A DNA stretch of 64,000 nucleotides from Nannocystis bainbridge (GTDB lineage: Bacteria; Myxococcota_A; Polyangia; Nannocystales; Nannocystaceae): the NCBI RefSeq assembly GCF_028368995.1, contig NZ_JAQNDL010000002.1, forward strand, positions 1,184,001 through 1,248,000, in the 5' to 3' direction. Positions 23,815-35,848 of this stretch are shown here, piece after piece. Made by a program: the position numbers and the translations under genes. A model generated the notes under the pieces. The model was not told the origin of the DNA, made no database searches, and was given only the letters and a program-made list of their open reading frames with translations. Within the stretch, counting starts at the first letter, position 1, and each line of letters begins with the position of its first letter.

Positions 23815-26800
23815 TTACTTGCGGAGGTCCACGCCCGGGAGCTGACGCCGCAGGTGGTCGTCGAAGAGGACGATGCCGGGGATCGTGACGCCGCCCTCGA
23901 GCATCGCCGCGCCCTGGCGGCGGATGTTGTCGAGGCCCAGACGGCCGATCATGCCCGCCACGTCGTCGCCATCGACCGCCTGCACCAGGCGCCCGAGGTG
24001 GCCGTGGAGCTGCCGCGACAGCGCCTTGGCGGCCGGGCCGTCCCACGGCGACTGGTAGACCATGCGCGCCAGCGCGTCCTGGAGGGCGCGTAGGTGCATG
24101 TCGGACGCGACCTGCAAGCGCAACCGGAGCACGTCGAGCGGATCACGGCCAGTTTCGGCGGCCACCCGCAGCGACGCCAGCGCCCCGGTGAGGTGCTCGA
24201 TGCGCGCCAGACGCCCGGCCAGCGCCGGCGCGAATCCTGCCGACTCGAACTCGTGCGCGCGCGCGTGGAGCTGCGGGATCTGGCTGGCGGGCAGGGCGTG
24301 CTCGACGTGATCGAGCAGCTCGCGGGCGCGATCGATGGTCCGCTGGTCGACCGTTGCGTAGCTGTCGGTCTCGAGCAGGACCACGGTGGTCTCCTCGAGC
24401 GCGGCCTCGACCACGTGCATGGCCCGGTAGATGGCCTCCTGGCGGTTCTTGTCCTCGCTGGCGTAGAGGTCGCGGCGCAGCGCGTCGACATCGCCGGCGG
24501 CCGAGGCGGTCATGTAGGCCTCGGCGATCGCGTGCGCGGGTCGGCCGGTGCTGGTCATGAGCTCGGGGAAGAAGGTCGCGCCGGCGTTGTCGACGATGCG
24601 GTTGACGACCATCGTCGTGGCGATCTCGCGGCGCAGCAGGTGGCTCTTCACCGCGCCCTCGGCGGCCTCGACGATCGCGGCCGGGAAGTACTCGCGGACC
24701 ATACGGTCGACGAGGGCCTCGGACAGCGGCTCGGCGTCGAGGAGCACGCGGTAGACCAGCATCTTGGCGTAGGCGCACAGCGCCGAGGCGTCGGCCTTGA
24801 ACAGGCCGATGCCCTTGCGCGCGCGGTTGGCCAGCTCGTCCTCGGTCGGCAGGGCGAAGGTGTCCGGGTTGAACGGCACGTGCTGCACGAGGTACGACAG
24901 CGTGCGGGCGTAGCGGTAGACGTCGACCTTCGAGCGGCGGACGTCGTAGCTGACCATGCGGCTCTGCGAGCGGTTGTTGGCCAGCACCATGTCGCACACC
25001 TCGGTGGCGGCGGCCTTGAGGACCTCGTTGCGGCGCTCGCGGGTGACCTTGCCGCTCGCCAGCAGCGGCGCGAACAGGATCTTGATGTTGACCTCGTGGT
25101 CCGAGGTGTCGACGCCGCCGGAGTTGTCGAGGAACGAGGTGTAGTTCTGGCCGCCGATGCGGGCGAAGGCCGGGCGACCGCGATCGGTGACCGCCAGGTT
25201 GGCGCCCTCGGACATGACGCGGAAGCGCAGCTGGCTGGCGTTGACCCGCACGGCGTCGTTGGCCTTGTCACCGACGTCGGCGTGGGTCTCGTCCTTGCTC
25301 TTCACGTAGGTGCCGATGCCGCCCATCCAGCACAGGTCGACCTTGAGCAGCAGGATGGCGCGGATGGCCTCCTCGCCCGAGACGACCTGCGTCGGCGAGA
25401 AGCCGAGCAGGCTGCGCGCCTCCGGCGAGAGGTCGAGCGACTTGGCGTTGCGCGGGAACACGGCGCCGCCGGGGCTTAGCTTGCTGGCGTCGTAGTCGGA
25501 CCACTGCGAGCGCGGCAGCTCGAACAGCCGCGCGCGCTCGAGGTAGCTGACCTCGGGATCGGGCGTCGGGTCGATGAAGACGTGGGCGTGGTTGAAGGCG
25601 GCCAGCAGCTTGATGGTGCGGCTGCGCAGGAGGCCGTTGCCGAACACGTCGCCGCTCATGTCGCCGACGCCGATCGCGGTGATGACGTCGGCCTCGGGGT
25701 CGATGCCCATCTCGCGGAAGTTGCGCTTGGTGGTCTCCCACGCGCCGCGGGCGGTGATGCCGGTGGCCTTGTGGTCGTAGCCGTTCGAGCCGCCCGACGC
25801 GAACGCGTCGTCGAGCCAGAACTTGTGGCTCATGCTGACGCTGTTGGCGGTGTCCGAGAGGTGCGCGGTGCCCTTGTCGGCGGCGACCACGAGGTACGGA
25901 TCGGGGCCCTCGGTGTGGAGGATGCCGGGCGGGGTGACGATCTCGCCGTCGACGACGTTGTCGGTGACCGACAGCAGCGCCTCGACGAAGATCTGGTAGT
26001 AGCGGTCGCCGGCGGCGCGCAGCTCGTTGCGGTCGGTCGGGGCCTGGCGCAGCACGAAGCCGCCCTTGGCGCCGACCGGCACGATCAGCACGTTCTTGAC
26101 CATCTGCGTGGCCATGAGGCCGTGGATCTCGGTGCGGAAATCGTCCGGCCGATCGGAGAAGCGGATGCCGCCGCGGGCGACGCGGCCGCCGCGGAGGTGC
26201 ACGCCCTCGAAGTCGGGGTGGTAGATGAAGATCTCGCGCAGCGGCTTGGGATCGGGGCCGAACGGGACGCGCTGGCCGTCGAACTTGAAGGCCATCGCCG
26301 GGGTCTGATCGCGGCGCGAGCCTTCGGGGGTGGTGATGACGAACGCGTTGGTGCGCAGGGTGGCGCGGACGACGTCGGCGACGGCCCGCAGCACGCGGTC
26401 GGCGGTGTAGTCGGCGACGTCGCGCAGCTCGGCCTCGAGGGTCTTGTCGGTGACCTCGGCCAGCTGGGCGCTGGCGCTGGTCGGGTCGTAGCGGGCGTCG
26501 AGCCACGAGACCAGCGCCGAGGCGACGGTCGGGTAGGCGATCAGCGTCTGCCGGATCAGCGCCGAGGTGAACGGGCAGCGGACCTGGTGGAGGTAGGCGA
26601 CGTAGGCGCGCAGGATCTCGACCTCGAGCGCCGTCATCGTCGTGGCGACGATGAGCTGGTTGAGCGAGTCACGGCCCATCGTGCCGGCGTAGACCTGGCG
26701 CAGGGTGGTGCGGATCTCGTCGGCCCGGCTCATGACCGCGGGGATCCGCTCGGGGCGGACGTCGAGGCGGTAGTTGTCGAGCTCGAACGGGGTCGTGTGC

Positions 26801-28530
26801 GCGATGTGGACCGGGCGCGCGTACTCGTCGACGACCTTGAAGCCGAAGCTGCCGATCAGCGGCAGCTCGTCGCTGAGGTTCATCGCCTTGCGGCTGAAGA
26901 CCCGCAGGTTGAGGCTGCCCGGGTGATCGCCGGTGACCGAGACGTAGAGGTCGAAGTCGAACTCGGCGCCGCGGCGGATGTTCTCGATGCAGCGCAGGTC
27001 GCCGAGCAGCCGCTGGTCGCCGGCGCGGCGCTTGTGATCGTCGCTGAAGGCGCTGTGGTACAGCTCGAACAGCTCCTCGACCTGGTCGGGCGGGGCGAGC
27101 TCGGACAGCGCCTCGCGCAGGCGCTCGTTCCAGCCCTTGGCCAGCGCGAGCACCTCGGAGCGCACGCGCTCGGTGTCGACGGCCGCGAACGGGGTCGGGC
27201 CGGTCATGTAGTAGTGGATGATCGCGTTGTCGTAGCGATCCATGTACACGCCGAAGTCGGCGTAGGTCGCCCCGAACTCGCGCAGCAGCTTCTCCTGCAC
27301 CTGCAGCCGCAGCTCGTCGTTGAACTGCTCGCGCGGGAGGCTGACGAACGCGAACACGAACCGGCCGTCTTCGCCGACGTTGATGTGCACGTCGGAGCCG
27401 CCCTCGACCTCGGCCCGCAGCACGCGGTCGGTGAGCTCCCAGATGCTGTCCTCGCTCTGGGTCAGCAGGTACTCGAGCGGCAGCGAGTTGAAGGCATTGG
27501 TCAGGCTCTTGCCGCGGTGGCTGTCGATCGAGACGCTGCGCTCGGTCAGCAGCTTGCGCAGCATGACGCGCAGGAACGGGATCTCCTCCGGCGGGGTGTG
27601 CAGCGCCTTGTAGGTGAAGAGGCCGTTGATGAGGCAGGTGCCGACCGGCTGGCCGTCACGACCTACGCGGGTGACGATGAAGTGGCCCGGCTTGCCGCTG
27701 CGATGGACCGGCGACTCCTCGTTGCTGCGCTGGTAACGGACGGTGCGATCGAGGTCGCGGGCGTAGGTGGCGAAGCGATCGGCGTCGCGCTCGCCGAGGC
27801 TGACGGAGGCGGTGCCGAGCGTCGAGATCCGGTGGCCCTGATCGTCGTACTCCTCGATGCCGAGCAGCACGAGGTTCTCCTCGCACAGCCAGCGAACCAT
27901 GCCCTCGGTCTCGCGCAGGGTCAGGCTGCGATCGTTGCTCTCGGCGTTGGCGGCCCGCAGGTAGTCGTCGGCGAGGTCCTGCAGCCGGCGCTTCATCGGC
28001 TGGAAGTCGCGCACCATCGCCTGCACGATCCGCAGGCGGGTGCGGAAGCGGTCCTCGATGTCCTCGGGGACATGTTGGCCGGGGTCGAGCTCGACGCGGA
28101 TCACCGACTCCGGCGCGCCCATGCCGATGCTGGTCAGGCTGCCGGCGGCGTCGCGGCGGACCTTGATCACGGCGTTCATCAGGCTGGCGATCTCGAGCCG
28201 CTCCGCGCCGAACAGCGCGCGCAGCGAGGACACCAGGAACGGCTGGTCTTCGAGGCAGCTCTCGAGGACGACGCTGTCGCCTTGCCGGCGCACGACCGAG
28301 TTGATCTCGCTGCGGCCGCGGGTCTTGATCGTGCTCAGGACCTGCTCGAGCTGGGCGACGAGTTCGTCGCTCGCCACGCGCCGGATGTCTCGGAGGTCGA
28401 CCGAGGTCAACACCGCCTTGCAGAGGGCCGCCAGGAGGTTGACGTCGGTCCCGGGCAGCTTGGGGACGTACGAGGCGAGGACCTGCTGTACCTCGTGGAT
28501 CCGCTGGTTGCTCAGTTTTTGCGTCGCCAT
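23815..28530 (-). CDS. gdhB: Large NAD-specific glutamate dehydrogenase
   Basis: GVHLRGGRVARGGIRFSDR, QMVKN..IVPVGAKGGF, DPYLVVAADKGTA, GDMSGDVFGNG, DNSGGVDTSDHEVNIKI. ATG at 28530, about 1571 aa. Confidence 0.95.
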   Translation of the reverse strand: MATQKLSNQRIHEVQQVLASYVPKLPGTDVNLLAALCKAVLTSVDLRDIRRVASDELVAQLEQVLSTIKTRGRSEINSVVRRQGDSVVLESCLEDQPFLVSSLRALFGAERLEIASLMNAVIKVRRDAAGSLTSIGMGAPESVIRVELDPGQHVPEDIEDRFRTRLRIVQAMVRDFQPMKRRLQDLADDYLRAANAESNDRSLTLRETEGMVRWLCEENLVLLGIEEYDDQGHRISTLGTASVSLGERDADRFATYARDLDRTVRYQRSNEESPVHRSGKPGHFIVTRVGRDGQPVGTCLINGLFTYKALHTPPEEIPFLRVMLRKLLTERSVSIDSHRGKSLTNAFNSLPLEYLLTQSEDSIWELTDRVLRAEVEGGSDVHINVGEDGRFVFAFVSLPREQFNDELRLQVQEKLLREFGATYADFGVYMDRYDNAIIHYYMTGPTPFAAVDTERVRSEVLALAKGWNERLREALSELAPPDQVEELFELYHSAFSDDHKRRAGDQRLLGDLRCIENIRRGAEFDFDLYVSVTGDHPGSLNLRVFSRKAMNLSDELPLIGSFGFKVVDEYARPVHIAHTTPFELDNYRLDVRPERIPAVMSRADEIRTTLRQVYAGTMGRDSLNQLIVATTMTALEVEILRAYVAYLHQVRCPFTSALIRQTLIAYPTVASALVSWLDARYDPTSASAQLAEVTDKTLEAELRDVADYTADRVLRAVADVVRATLRTNAFVITTPEGSRRDQTPAMAFKFDGQRVPFGPDPKPLREIFIYHPDFEGVHLRGGRVARGGIRFSDRPDDFRTEIHGLMATQMVKNVLIVPVGAKGGFVLRQAPTDRNELRAAGDRYYQIFVEALLSVTDNVVDGEIVTPPGILHTEGPDPYLVVAADKGTAHLSDTANSVSMSHKFWLDDAFASGGSNGYDHKATGITARGAWETTKRNFREMGIDPEADVITAIGVGDMSGDVFGNGLLRSRTIKLLAAFNHAHVFIDPTPDPEVSYLERARLFELPRSQWSDYDASKLSPGGAVFPRNAKSLDLSPEARSLLGFSPTQVVSGEEAIRAILLLKVDLCWMGGIGTYVKSKDETHADVGDKANDAVRVNASQLRFRVMSEGANLAVTDRGRPAFARIGGQNYTSFLDNSGGVDTSDHEVNIKILFAPLLASGKVTRERRNEVLKAAATEVCDMVLANNRSQSRMVSYDVRRSKVDVYRYARTLSYLVQHVPFNPDTFALPTEDELANRARKGIGLFKADASALCAYAKMLVYRVLLDAEPLSEALVDRMVREYFPAAIVEAAEGAVKSHLLRREIATTMVVNRIVDNAGATFFPELMTSTGRPAHAIAEAYMTASAAGDVDALRRDLYASEDKNRQEAIYRAMHVVEAALEETTVVLLETDSYATVDQRTIDRARELLDHVEHALPASQIPQLHARAHEFESAGFAPALAGRLARIEHLTGALASLRVAAETGRDPLDVLRLRLQVASDMHLRALQDALARMVYQSPWDGPAAKALSRQLHGHLGRLVQAVDGDDVAGMIGRLGLDNIRRQGAAMLEGGVTIPGIVLFDDHLRRQLPGVDLRK

Positions 28531-28751
28531 CGGCGGCAACTCTCCGCCGGCCGGCGGCTGGGTGCAATCCCTCCGAGCCGGCGCGTCCACGACCGTCGTC
28601 GCGGCGCGTCGCCGCGATCGGCAGCCGAGCCACGGCCGACTCGCGCAAACCCCCGGAAGGGCTCGCGCAGGGCGTTGCGCACCGCGGCAGCATGACATCC
28701 CGCACGCGGGATCCGAAGGGGCCGCAGTGCTTGCGGTCCTATTCTTGGATC

Positions 28752-30077
28752 GTGCCTCAGCCCTCCGTCGCTGCACCGGATCTGGCGGCCTGCGCCGCGC
28801 GTCGCTCCCGCCTGTCCGCGCGCCTCGGCGACGCCGCGCTGCTGCTGTCCGCCGGCGAGCCGCCGACCCGCTCCGGCGACACGCGCTACCGCTTCCGGCC
28901 GGACTCGAACTTCTATTATCTGACCGGGGCCGCCGAGCCCGGCAGCGTGCTGCTGCTGCGGCCAGGTCGGGCGCCCGCGAGCGCGCTGTTCCTGCCGGTC
29001 CAGGACGAGCGCGACGTGCTGTACCACGGCCGGCGGCCGAGCCCGGACGAGGCCCGCGAGCAGTTCGGCGTCGACGCGGTGTTCCCGGTCGCGCAGCTCG
29101 AGCTCGAGCTGCCGCGCCTGCTCGACGGCGTCGAGGAGTTGTACCTGCCCTTTTCGACATGTCCCGTGATCGAGCGGGCGGCGTTCGCCGCGATCGAGCG
29201 GCTGCGCGCCGGCGATCGCCGGGGCGAGGTCGCGCCGACCTGGCTGGGCGACGCGCGGACGCTGCTGGCCGAGGACCGCCTGGTCAAGGACGCGGCCGCG
29301 ATGACGGCGCTGCGGCGCGCGGTCGACATCAGCGCGGCCGGCCACGTGGCGGCGATGCGGGCGACCCGGCCCGGTCGGCTCGAGCTCGAGATCGAGGCGC
29401 TGCTCGAGCACGAGTTCCGCCGCCGCGGCGCGAGCGGGCCCGGGTACGAGACGATCGTGGCCGCGGGCGCCAACGCCAACACGCTCCACTACACGTCCGC
29501 CCGCGGGGCGCTCGGCGCGGGCGAGCTGCTGCTGGTCGACGCCGGCGCGGAGTGGGAGCTGTTCACCGGCGACATCACGCGCACGTTCCCGATCAGCGGC
29601 CGCTTCACGCCGCCGCAGCGCGACGCCTACGAGATCGCGCTGGCCGCCAACGAGGCCGGGATCGCGGCGTCGGTGATCGGCTCGAGCCTCGACGCGATCC
29701 ACGAGGCGTGCCTGCGGGTCCTGTGCGACGGGCTGCGGACGCTGGGCCTGGTGCGCGCGGGCGTCGACGAGGCGATCGAGGACGAGCTTTACAAGCCTTA
29801 CTACCCGCACAAGACCAGCCACTGGCTAGGCGCCGATGTCCACGACGTCGGCCGCTACACGGTCGACGGCCGCGCCCAGCCGCTGCGCGCCGGCTTCGTG
29901 CTGACGGTCGAGCCGGGCCTGTACTTCCCGGCCACCGCCGAGGTGCCCGCGGGGCTGCGCGGGGTGGGGATCCGCGTCGAGGACGACGTGCTGGTGACGG
30001 CCGGCGCGCCGGAGGTGCTCAGCGCCGGGGCGCCCAAGCGGGTCGCCGAGCTCGAGGCGCTGGTCGGGCAGGGCTGA
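28752..30077 (+). CDS. pepP: Xaa-Pro aminopeptidase
   Basis: YRFRPDSNFYYLTG, DAGAE, DITRTFP, HWLGADVHD, TVEPGLY, GIRVEDD. Start uncertain. Confidence 0.93.
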   Translation: MPQPSVAAPDLAACAARRSRLSARLGDAALLLSAGEPPTRSGDTRYRFRPDSNFYYLTGAAEPGSVLLLRPGRAPASALFLPVQDERDVLYHGRRPSPDEAREQFGVDAVFPVAQLELELPRLLDGVEELYLPFSTCPVIERAAFAAIERLRAGDRRGEVAPTWLGDARTLLAEDRLVKDAAAMTALRRAVDISAAGHVAAMRATRPGRLELEIEALLEHEFRRRGASGPGYETIVAAGANANTLHYTSARGALGAGELLLVDAGAEWELFTGDITRTFPISGRFTPPQRDAYEIALAANEAGIAASVIGSSLDAIHEACLRVLCDGLRTLGLVRAGVDEAIEDELYKPYYPHKTSHWLGADVHDVGRYTVDGRAQPLRAGFVLTVEPGLYFPATAEVPAGLRGVGIRVEDDVLVTAGAPEVLSAGAPKRVAELEALVGQG

Positions 30078-30082
30078 CGCGC

Positions 30083-30174
30083 GGAGCTGTCCCCGGGGAC
30101 ATGCGCAATGCGACATGCTCGATCGAGCATGCTCTCATGAGCATGTTCGGACGGCCATGTCGCAACGGCCAGAT
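30083..30174. repeat. 14-bp-phased array
   Basis: CATG at 30100, 30114, 30128, 30142, 30156; variants at 30086 and 30170. Confidence 0.88.
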
Positions 30175-30393
30175 GCGCTGCCGGAGATCGATGGGGCGGC
30201 AGATCTGCGAGGCGCAGCGTCAGGAGACGGATCGGCGCGACGGCGATCCCGGGGCCGACCCGGACCCGCAGGGGTCGGGCCGAGGCGGTGCACGGCGTTC
30301 CTCTGAGCAGCCCGAGCGGCCGGTCGGCGGGTATTCGCGGCGCGGGCGTTCGCGCCAGGTGCCGCGGCGCGGGCGGTCTGGCATGCTGGGCCC

Positions 30394-30882
30394 GTGTCGC
30401 TCCGCAGTCGCTTCGCTCCGCTCTCGCTCGCGCTCGCCGGCACGTTCGCGTGCGCGGAGCCGGCGAGCCCGCCCACGCCCGCGCCGCCGGCCAGGGTCGA
30501 GCCGGCCAAGCCGCGCCTGATCGCCGCGCCCGAGGCCGGCGACGTGGCGACGGTGGTGCGTGAAGAGGCGGCGCGCGAGGGCGGGACGCTGGTGGTCACG
30601 GTCGGCGCGGACTGGTGCGAGCCGTGCCGGGCCTTTCACGACGCGGTGCAGTCGGGTCAGCTCGACGCGCAGCTGATGGGCGTGCGCTTCTTCGAGTTCG
30701 ACATCGACCGCGACCGCGCGCGGCTGGAGGCGGCCGGCTACAAGTCGCGCTTCCTCCCGCTGTTCGCCCTGCCGGACGCGGAGGGGCGCGCGAGCGGCAA
30801 GCAGATCGAGGGCGGCATCAAGGGGCCGCGGGCCGTCGAGCACATCATGGCCCGGCTCGGTCCGCTGGTGAAGTCGCCTTGA
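30394..30882 (+). CDS. Thioredoxin-like lipoprotein
   Basis: TFAC lipobox, GADWCEPC motif. Confidence 0.85.
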   Translation: MSLRSRFAPLSLALAGTFACAEPASPPTPAPPARVEPAKPRLIAAPEAGDVATVVREEAAREGGTLVVTVGADWCEPCRAFHDAVQSGQLDAQLMGVRFFEFDIDRDRARLEAAGYKSRFLPLFALPDAEGRASGKQIEGGIKGPRAVEHIMARLGPLVKSP

Positions 30883-30913
30883 GGGCGCGCCGCGGAGCCC
30901 GTATCGTCGTGGG

Positions 30914-31705
30914 GTGCTGCGGATCGCGGGCGCCCTGCTGTTCGGGCTCTACTTCATCCTCAGTCAGCCGCTGTGGTTCCTCGGCGCGCTGGTGATCACG
31001 GCCGTCACTGCGCCGTTCGATCGCCGGCGCGCGCTGCTCCACCGCTACACTTGCGTGTGGGGCGGGCACTACGCGCTGCTGATGCCCGGCTGGGACGTCC
31101 GCGTCCTCGGCCGCGAGCACATCGCTGCCGGCGGGGTGTACGTGCTGTGCTCGAACCACCAGTCGCACGCCGACACGCTGGTGCTGCTGACCCTGTTCCG
31201 CCACTTCAAGTGGGTCGCCAAGGCGAGCGTGTTCCGGGTCCCGTTCATCGGCTGGAACATGGCGCTGAATCGCTACATCGCGCTGCGCCGCGGCGACGCC
31301 GGCAGCATCGCGGCGACGCTGCGGACCTGCCGCGACAACCTCGACGCCGGCTCGTCGGTGTTCATGTTTCCCGAAGGCACGCGCTCGCGCGACGGACGGA
31401 TCCACGGGTTCAAGCACGGGGCGTTCTCGCTGGCGGTCGAGGCGGGTGTGCCGGTGGTGCCGGTCGTGCTCGACGGCACCAGCGCCGCGCTGCCGAAGTC
31501 GTCGTGGCGGATCGGCCTCGAGCGGGCGGGGCTGCCGATCACCGTCGAGGTGCTGCCGCCGGTCGCGCTGGCCGAGCTCGAGTCGGGTGCCGGAGCGGCC
31601 GAGCTGCGCCTGGAGGTGCGGGCGCGCATGCTGGCGGCGCTGGCGGCGAGGCGCGGCGTGCCGGTCGCCGCGGTCGACGGCGAGGCGGGTAGGGACCTGT
31701 CCTGA
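30914..31705 (+). CDS. plsC: 1-acyl-sn-glycerol-3-phosphate acyltransferase family
   Basis: NHQSHAD, FPEGTRS, FKHGAF. Confidence 0.88.
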   Translation: MLRIAGALLFGLYFILSQPLWFLGALVITAVTAPFDRRRALLHRYTCVWGGHYALLMPGWDVRVLGREHIAAGGVYVLCSNHQSHADTLVLLTLFRHFKWVAKASVFRVPFIGWNMALNRYIALRRGDAGSIAATLRTCRDNLDAGSSVFMFPEGTRSRDGRIHGFKHGAFSLAVEAGVPVVPVVLDGTSAALPKSSWRIGLERAGLPITVEVLPPVALAELESGAGAAELRLEVRARMLAALAARRGVPVAAVDGEAGRDLS

Positions 31706-31795
31706 GAGACAGGCGCTCGCCCAGGGCTGCGCACGAAACGACATGTCCCGCGGACCAGGCGCACCCGGTCGCGGGACATGTCCGAAAGGGCAGGC
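31693..31795. repeat. Three pairs of 14-bp-spaced cores
   Basis: 31696/31710, 31742/31756, 31777/31791. Confidence 0.75.
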
Positions 31796-31817
31796 GGGCT
31801 CAGGGGCCCGCGCCGGC

Positions 31818-32336
31818 TCAGGACTCCTGGCCGGAGTCCTCGATGGTGACGGTCTTGCTGGTCGCGCCGTTGCGCGAGCCGACCTTCTCCATCGCGTCCA
31901 CGACCTCGGCGCCGGACACGAGCTTGCCGAACACCACGTGCTTGCCGTCGAGCCAGGGGGTCTCGGCGGTGGTGATGAAGAACTGCGAGCCGTTGGTGCC
32001 GGGGCCGGCGTTCGCCATCGACAGCAGGTACTTGCCCTGGTGCTTCAGGTTGAAGTTCTCGTCGGCGAACTTCTCGCCGTAGATCGACTCGCCGCCGGTG
32101 CCGTTGCCGCGGGTGAAGTCGCCGCCCTGGCACATGAAGCCGGGGATGATGCGGTGGAAGCTCGAGCCCTTGAAGTGGAGCGGCTTGCCGGAGCGGCCGA
32201 CGCCCTTCTCGCCGGTGCTCAGCGCGCGGAAGTTCTCCGCGGTCTTCGGCACGACGTCAGCGAAAAGCTCGAACACGATGCGGCCGGCGGGAGCACCGCC
32301 GATGGAAATGTCGAAAAAGACGCGCGGGTTTGCCAT
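31818..32336 (-). CDS. Cyclophilin-type peptidyl-prolyl isomerase
   Basis: [51 protein letters not shown]. Confidence 0.97.
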   Translation of the reverse strand: MANPRVFFDISIGGAPAGRIVFELFADVVPKTAENFRALSTGEKGVGRSGKPLHFKGSSFHRIIPGFMCQGGDFTRGNGTGGESIYGEKFADENFNLKHQGKYLLSMANAGPGTNGSQFFITTAETPWLDGKHVVFGKLVSGAEVVDAMEKVGSRNGATSKTVTIEDSGQES

Positions 32337-32705
32337 GAGGCCGCGGACTTTACCACAACCCGGCACGGGCGCCGGCGGGCAGGGCGCCGCAGAACCGCGT
32401 GAACCGGCGAGCCCGGCGTTCCCTTCGGAGGTCACGCCCGCGTCGGGCGAGAAAAAAACGCGAGCGGGTCGCCCGACATGATTTGGCCGAAGTTCAACCC
32501 CTACATCTAGTAGGTGGGATCTGCGTTAGCCGCGTCGGGCTTCTCGTCGGACGAGCCTGCGCACCAGCGACCAGAGACGGACCCCTGGCTGAACGGAGTA
32601 GGTAGAACTTTGGGCCTCATGCCGAGCGTCCCGCTCGCGTCTTCACTGTAGCACCACTCCGTCGACGTGGCGACGTGCGCGACGCCCGACATCATCTGGA
32701 TCACC

Positions 32706-33311
32706 TCACTGCAACGGCCACGGGGTGAGGACGTAATCGGACCCACCTGCGTGGCAGCCGGTGCACAGCTTGACGCCGGTGTCGTCCGCATACACGGTGG
32801 CGTCGAGGCGCTCGTACCAGTACCAGCCGTCGCCCTCCGCGCTGTCGGGGGCGAGCTTGACCATCACGGCGTAACCGACGATCGCGTCGGTGCCGCTGCC
32901 ATACAACTCCTTGACGGAGGCGGCGCCCGCGAGGTGCTCGGTGTCCGCGGCGAGCGAGTCGGCGAGCGCGGGGTTGACGAAGGTCCGCACGTTGCCGCCG
33001 TGCGGGCCCGAGGACGCGTGGATCTGCGATTCGGACGGCCAGCTGCGGTAGGCGCCGCCGGCGAGCCAGGCCTCGAGCGCTTCGGCCGAGTCGGTGGGCG
33101 GCGCGACCTCGGTGTCGCCGGTCGTGCTCGCAGTGCTCGCGTCGGGGGCGGTCGCGGACGGATCGTCTCCGGTCGCGCTCGTGGTCGTCACGGTCGAGCT
33201 CGTCGAAACCTCCGAGGTCGTGCCGTCGCTGTCGCCGGGCTCCTCGGCGGCACCGCACGCGCAGGCGAAGAGGGTAAGGACGAGGCTGAGGCGCGCGCTG
33301 GGTTCGGCCAT
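32706..33311 (-). CDS. c-type cytochrome lipoprotein, cytochrome P460-like
   Basis: Lipobox, Thr-rich linker, VKELY...YAVMVK...GWYW, C-terminal CTGCH...DYV. Confidence 0.75.
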   Translation of the reverse strand: MAEPSARLSLVLTLFACACGAAEEPGDSDGTTSEVSTSSTVTTTSATGDDPSATAPDASTASTTGDTEVAPPTDSAEALEAWLAGGAYRSWPSESQIHASSGPHGGNVRTFVNPALADSLAADTEHLAGAASVKELYGSGTDAIVGYAVMVKLAPDSAEGDGWYWYERLDATVYADDTGVKLCTGCHAGGSDYVLTPWPLQ

Positions 33312-33477
33312 GCGCGGCGTCAACGGGGCGACGCGGCGGGAGTTACAGTGCGTCGCCTCGCTCGCGCCCTGGCGTGAGCGCGGGTCGAACGTCGATCGTG
33401 CGGGGGCGAGCGAGACGGGAGCGTCGTGCAGGGCGACCACGACGCGGCGCCGCTGCGCGAGCGACCCCTCGCGGGAG

Positions 33478-34542
<1,065 letters not shown>

Positions 34543-34545
<3 letters not shown>

Positions 34546-34636
34546 GATGTCCTCCGGGACATGTCGAAAAGGGAATGTCGAATCGGACAGGTATGAAGGA
34601 GCAGGTCCGAACGGACAGGTCCGAACGGACAGGTCC
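34543..34636. repeat. 14-bp-phased array filling the ACAD-APH intergenic gap
   Basis: Cores at 34546, 34560, 34574, 34588, 34602, 34616, 34630. Confidence 0.9.
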
Positions 34637-34642
34637 GAACGG

Positions 34643-35848
34643 TCAGCCGGCGCGGCCGGGGCGGTGGCGGGCGAGGATCCGGCGGGCGGCGGCGACCTTG
34701 TGGACCTCGTCGGGACCGTCGTAGATCCGCGCGCCGCGCTCGCGGGTGTAGAAGAAGGCGAGCACGGTGTCGTCGGTGAGGCCGAGCGCGCCGTGGACCT
34801 GGATCGCGCGGTCGAGGACCTCGGACAGGACCTCGGCGACGTGGAACTTGATCAGCGAGATGTCGTCGCGGGCGGCGGCGAAGCCGTGCTGGTCGATGAG
34901 CCAGGCGGTGCGCAGGACCAGCAGGCGGGCGGCGTCGATGCGGGCGCGGCACTCGGCCAGCCAGGCCTGGACGATCTGCTTGTCGCCGAGGTGCTCGCCC
35001 GGGGCGAGCTCGCGGGCGACGGCCCGCGCGGCCATCAGGCCGAGGGCGCGCTCGCAGATGCCGAGCCAGCGCATGCAGTGGTGGATCCGCCCGGGGCCGA
35101 GGCGCTCCTGGGCGATGACGAAGCCGCCGTGCGCCGGGCCGAGCAAGCTGTCCCTCGGGACACGACAGGCGGTGAACTCGAGCTCGGCGTGCGAGTCCCA
35201 GCCGGCGCCGGCGTGGCCGAAGATCGGGACGTTGCGGACGCGGCGAAACCCGGGGGTGTCGGTCGGGACGATCAGCATGCTGGCGCGCCGATGGGCCTCG
35301 GCAGCGGGATCGGTGACGGCCATGACGACGGCGAAGGCGGCCCCGTCGGCGCCGGTGGTGAACCACTTGCGGCCGTCGAGCACGTAGTCGTCGCCGTCGA
35401 GGCGGGCGGCGCAGCGCAGCAAGGTGGGGTTGGAGCCGGCGGTGTCGGGCTCGGTCATGGCGAAGCAGCTGCGGATGTCGCCGCGCAGGAGCGGCTCCAA
35501 CCAGCGCTCGCGCTGGGCCGGGCTGGCGTAGCGGTGGAGGATCTCCATGTTGCCGGCGTCGGGCGCCTGGCAGTTGCAGGCGAGGTGACCGAGCGGGCTG
35601 CCGCCGAGGACCTCGCTGAGGAGGCCGTGATCGAGGAGCGAGAGGCCGAGGCCACCCTCCTCTTTGGCCATCTGCGGCAGCCACAGGCCCTCGGCGCGGG
35701 CCGCGGCGCGCAGGCCGGCGACGATGTCGTCGCAGTCGGCGACGCCGCGTGCGAGCACGGTCGGCTCGACCGGGAGGACGTGGGTGCGCATGAAGGCGCG
35801 GGCTCGGTCGAGCAGGGCCGCGGTCGCGGGCGGGATCGCGAAGTCCAT
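34643..35848 (-). CDS. Acyl-CoA dehydrogenase (ACAD11/LvaC-like)
   Basis: [43 protein letters not shown]. Confidence 0.94.
   Translation of the reverse strand: MDFAIPPATAALLDRARAFMRTHVLPVEPTVLARGVADCDDIVAGLRAAARAEGLWLPQMAKEEGGLGLSLLDHGLLSEVLGGSPLGHLACNCQAPDAGNMEILHRYASPAQRERWLEPLLRGDIRSCFAMTEPDTAGSNPTLLRCAARLDGDDYVLDGRKWFTTGADGAAFAVVMAVTDPAAEAHRRASMLIVPTDTPGFRRVRNVPIFGHAGAGWDSHAELEFTACRVPRDSLLGPAHGGFVIAQERLGPGRIHHCMRWLGICERALGLMAARAVARELAPGEHLGDKQIVQAWLAECRARIDAARLLVLRTAWLIDQHGFAAARDDISLIKFHVAEVLSEVLDRAIQVHGALGLTDDTVLAFFYTRERGARIYDGPDEVHKVAAARRILARHRPGRAG

Noticed and set aside
25582-28695. 1037-aa plus-strand ORF and similar long antisense ORFs (61006-63960, 50032-53001, 16375-19125)
   Set aside because: They lie opposite well-supported genes, lack motifs and are expected at this GC content.
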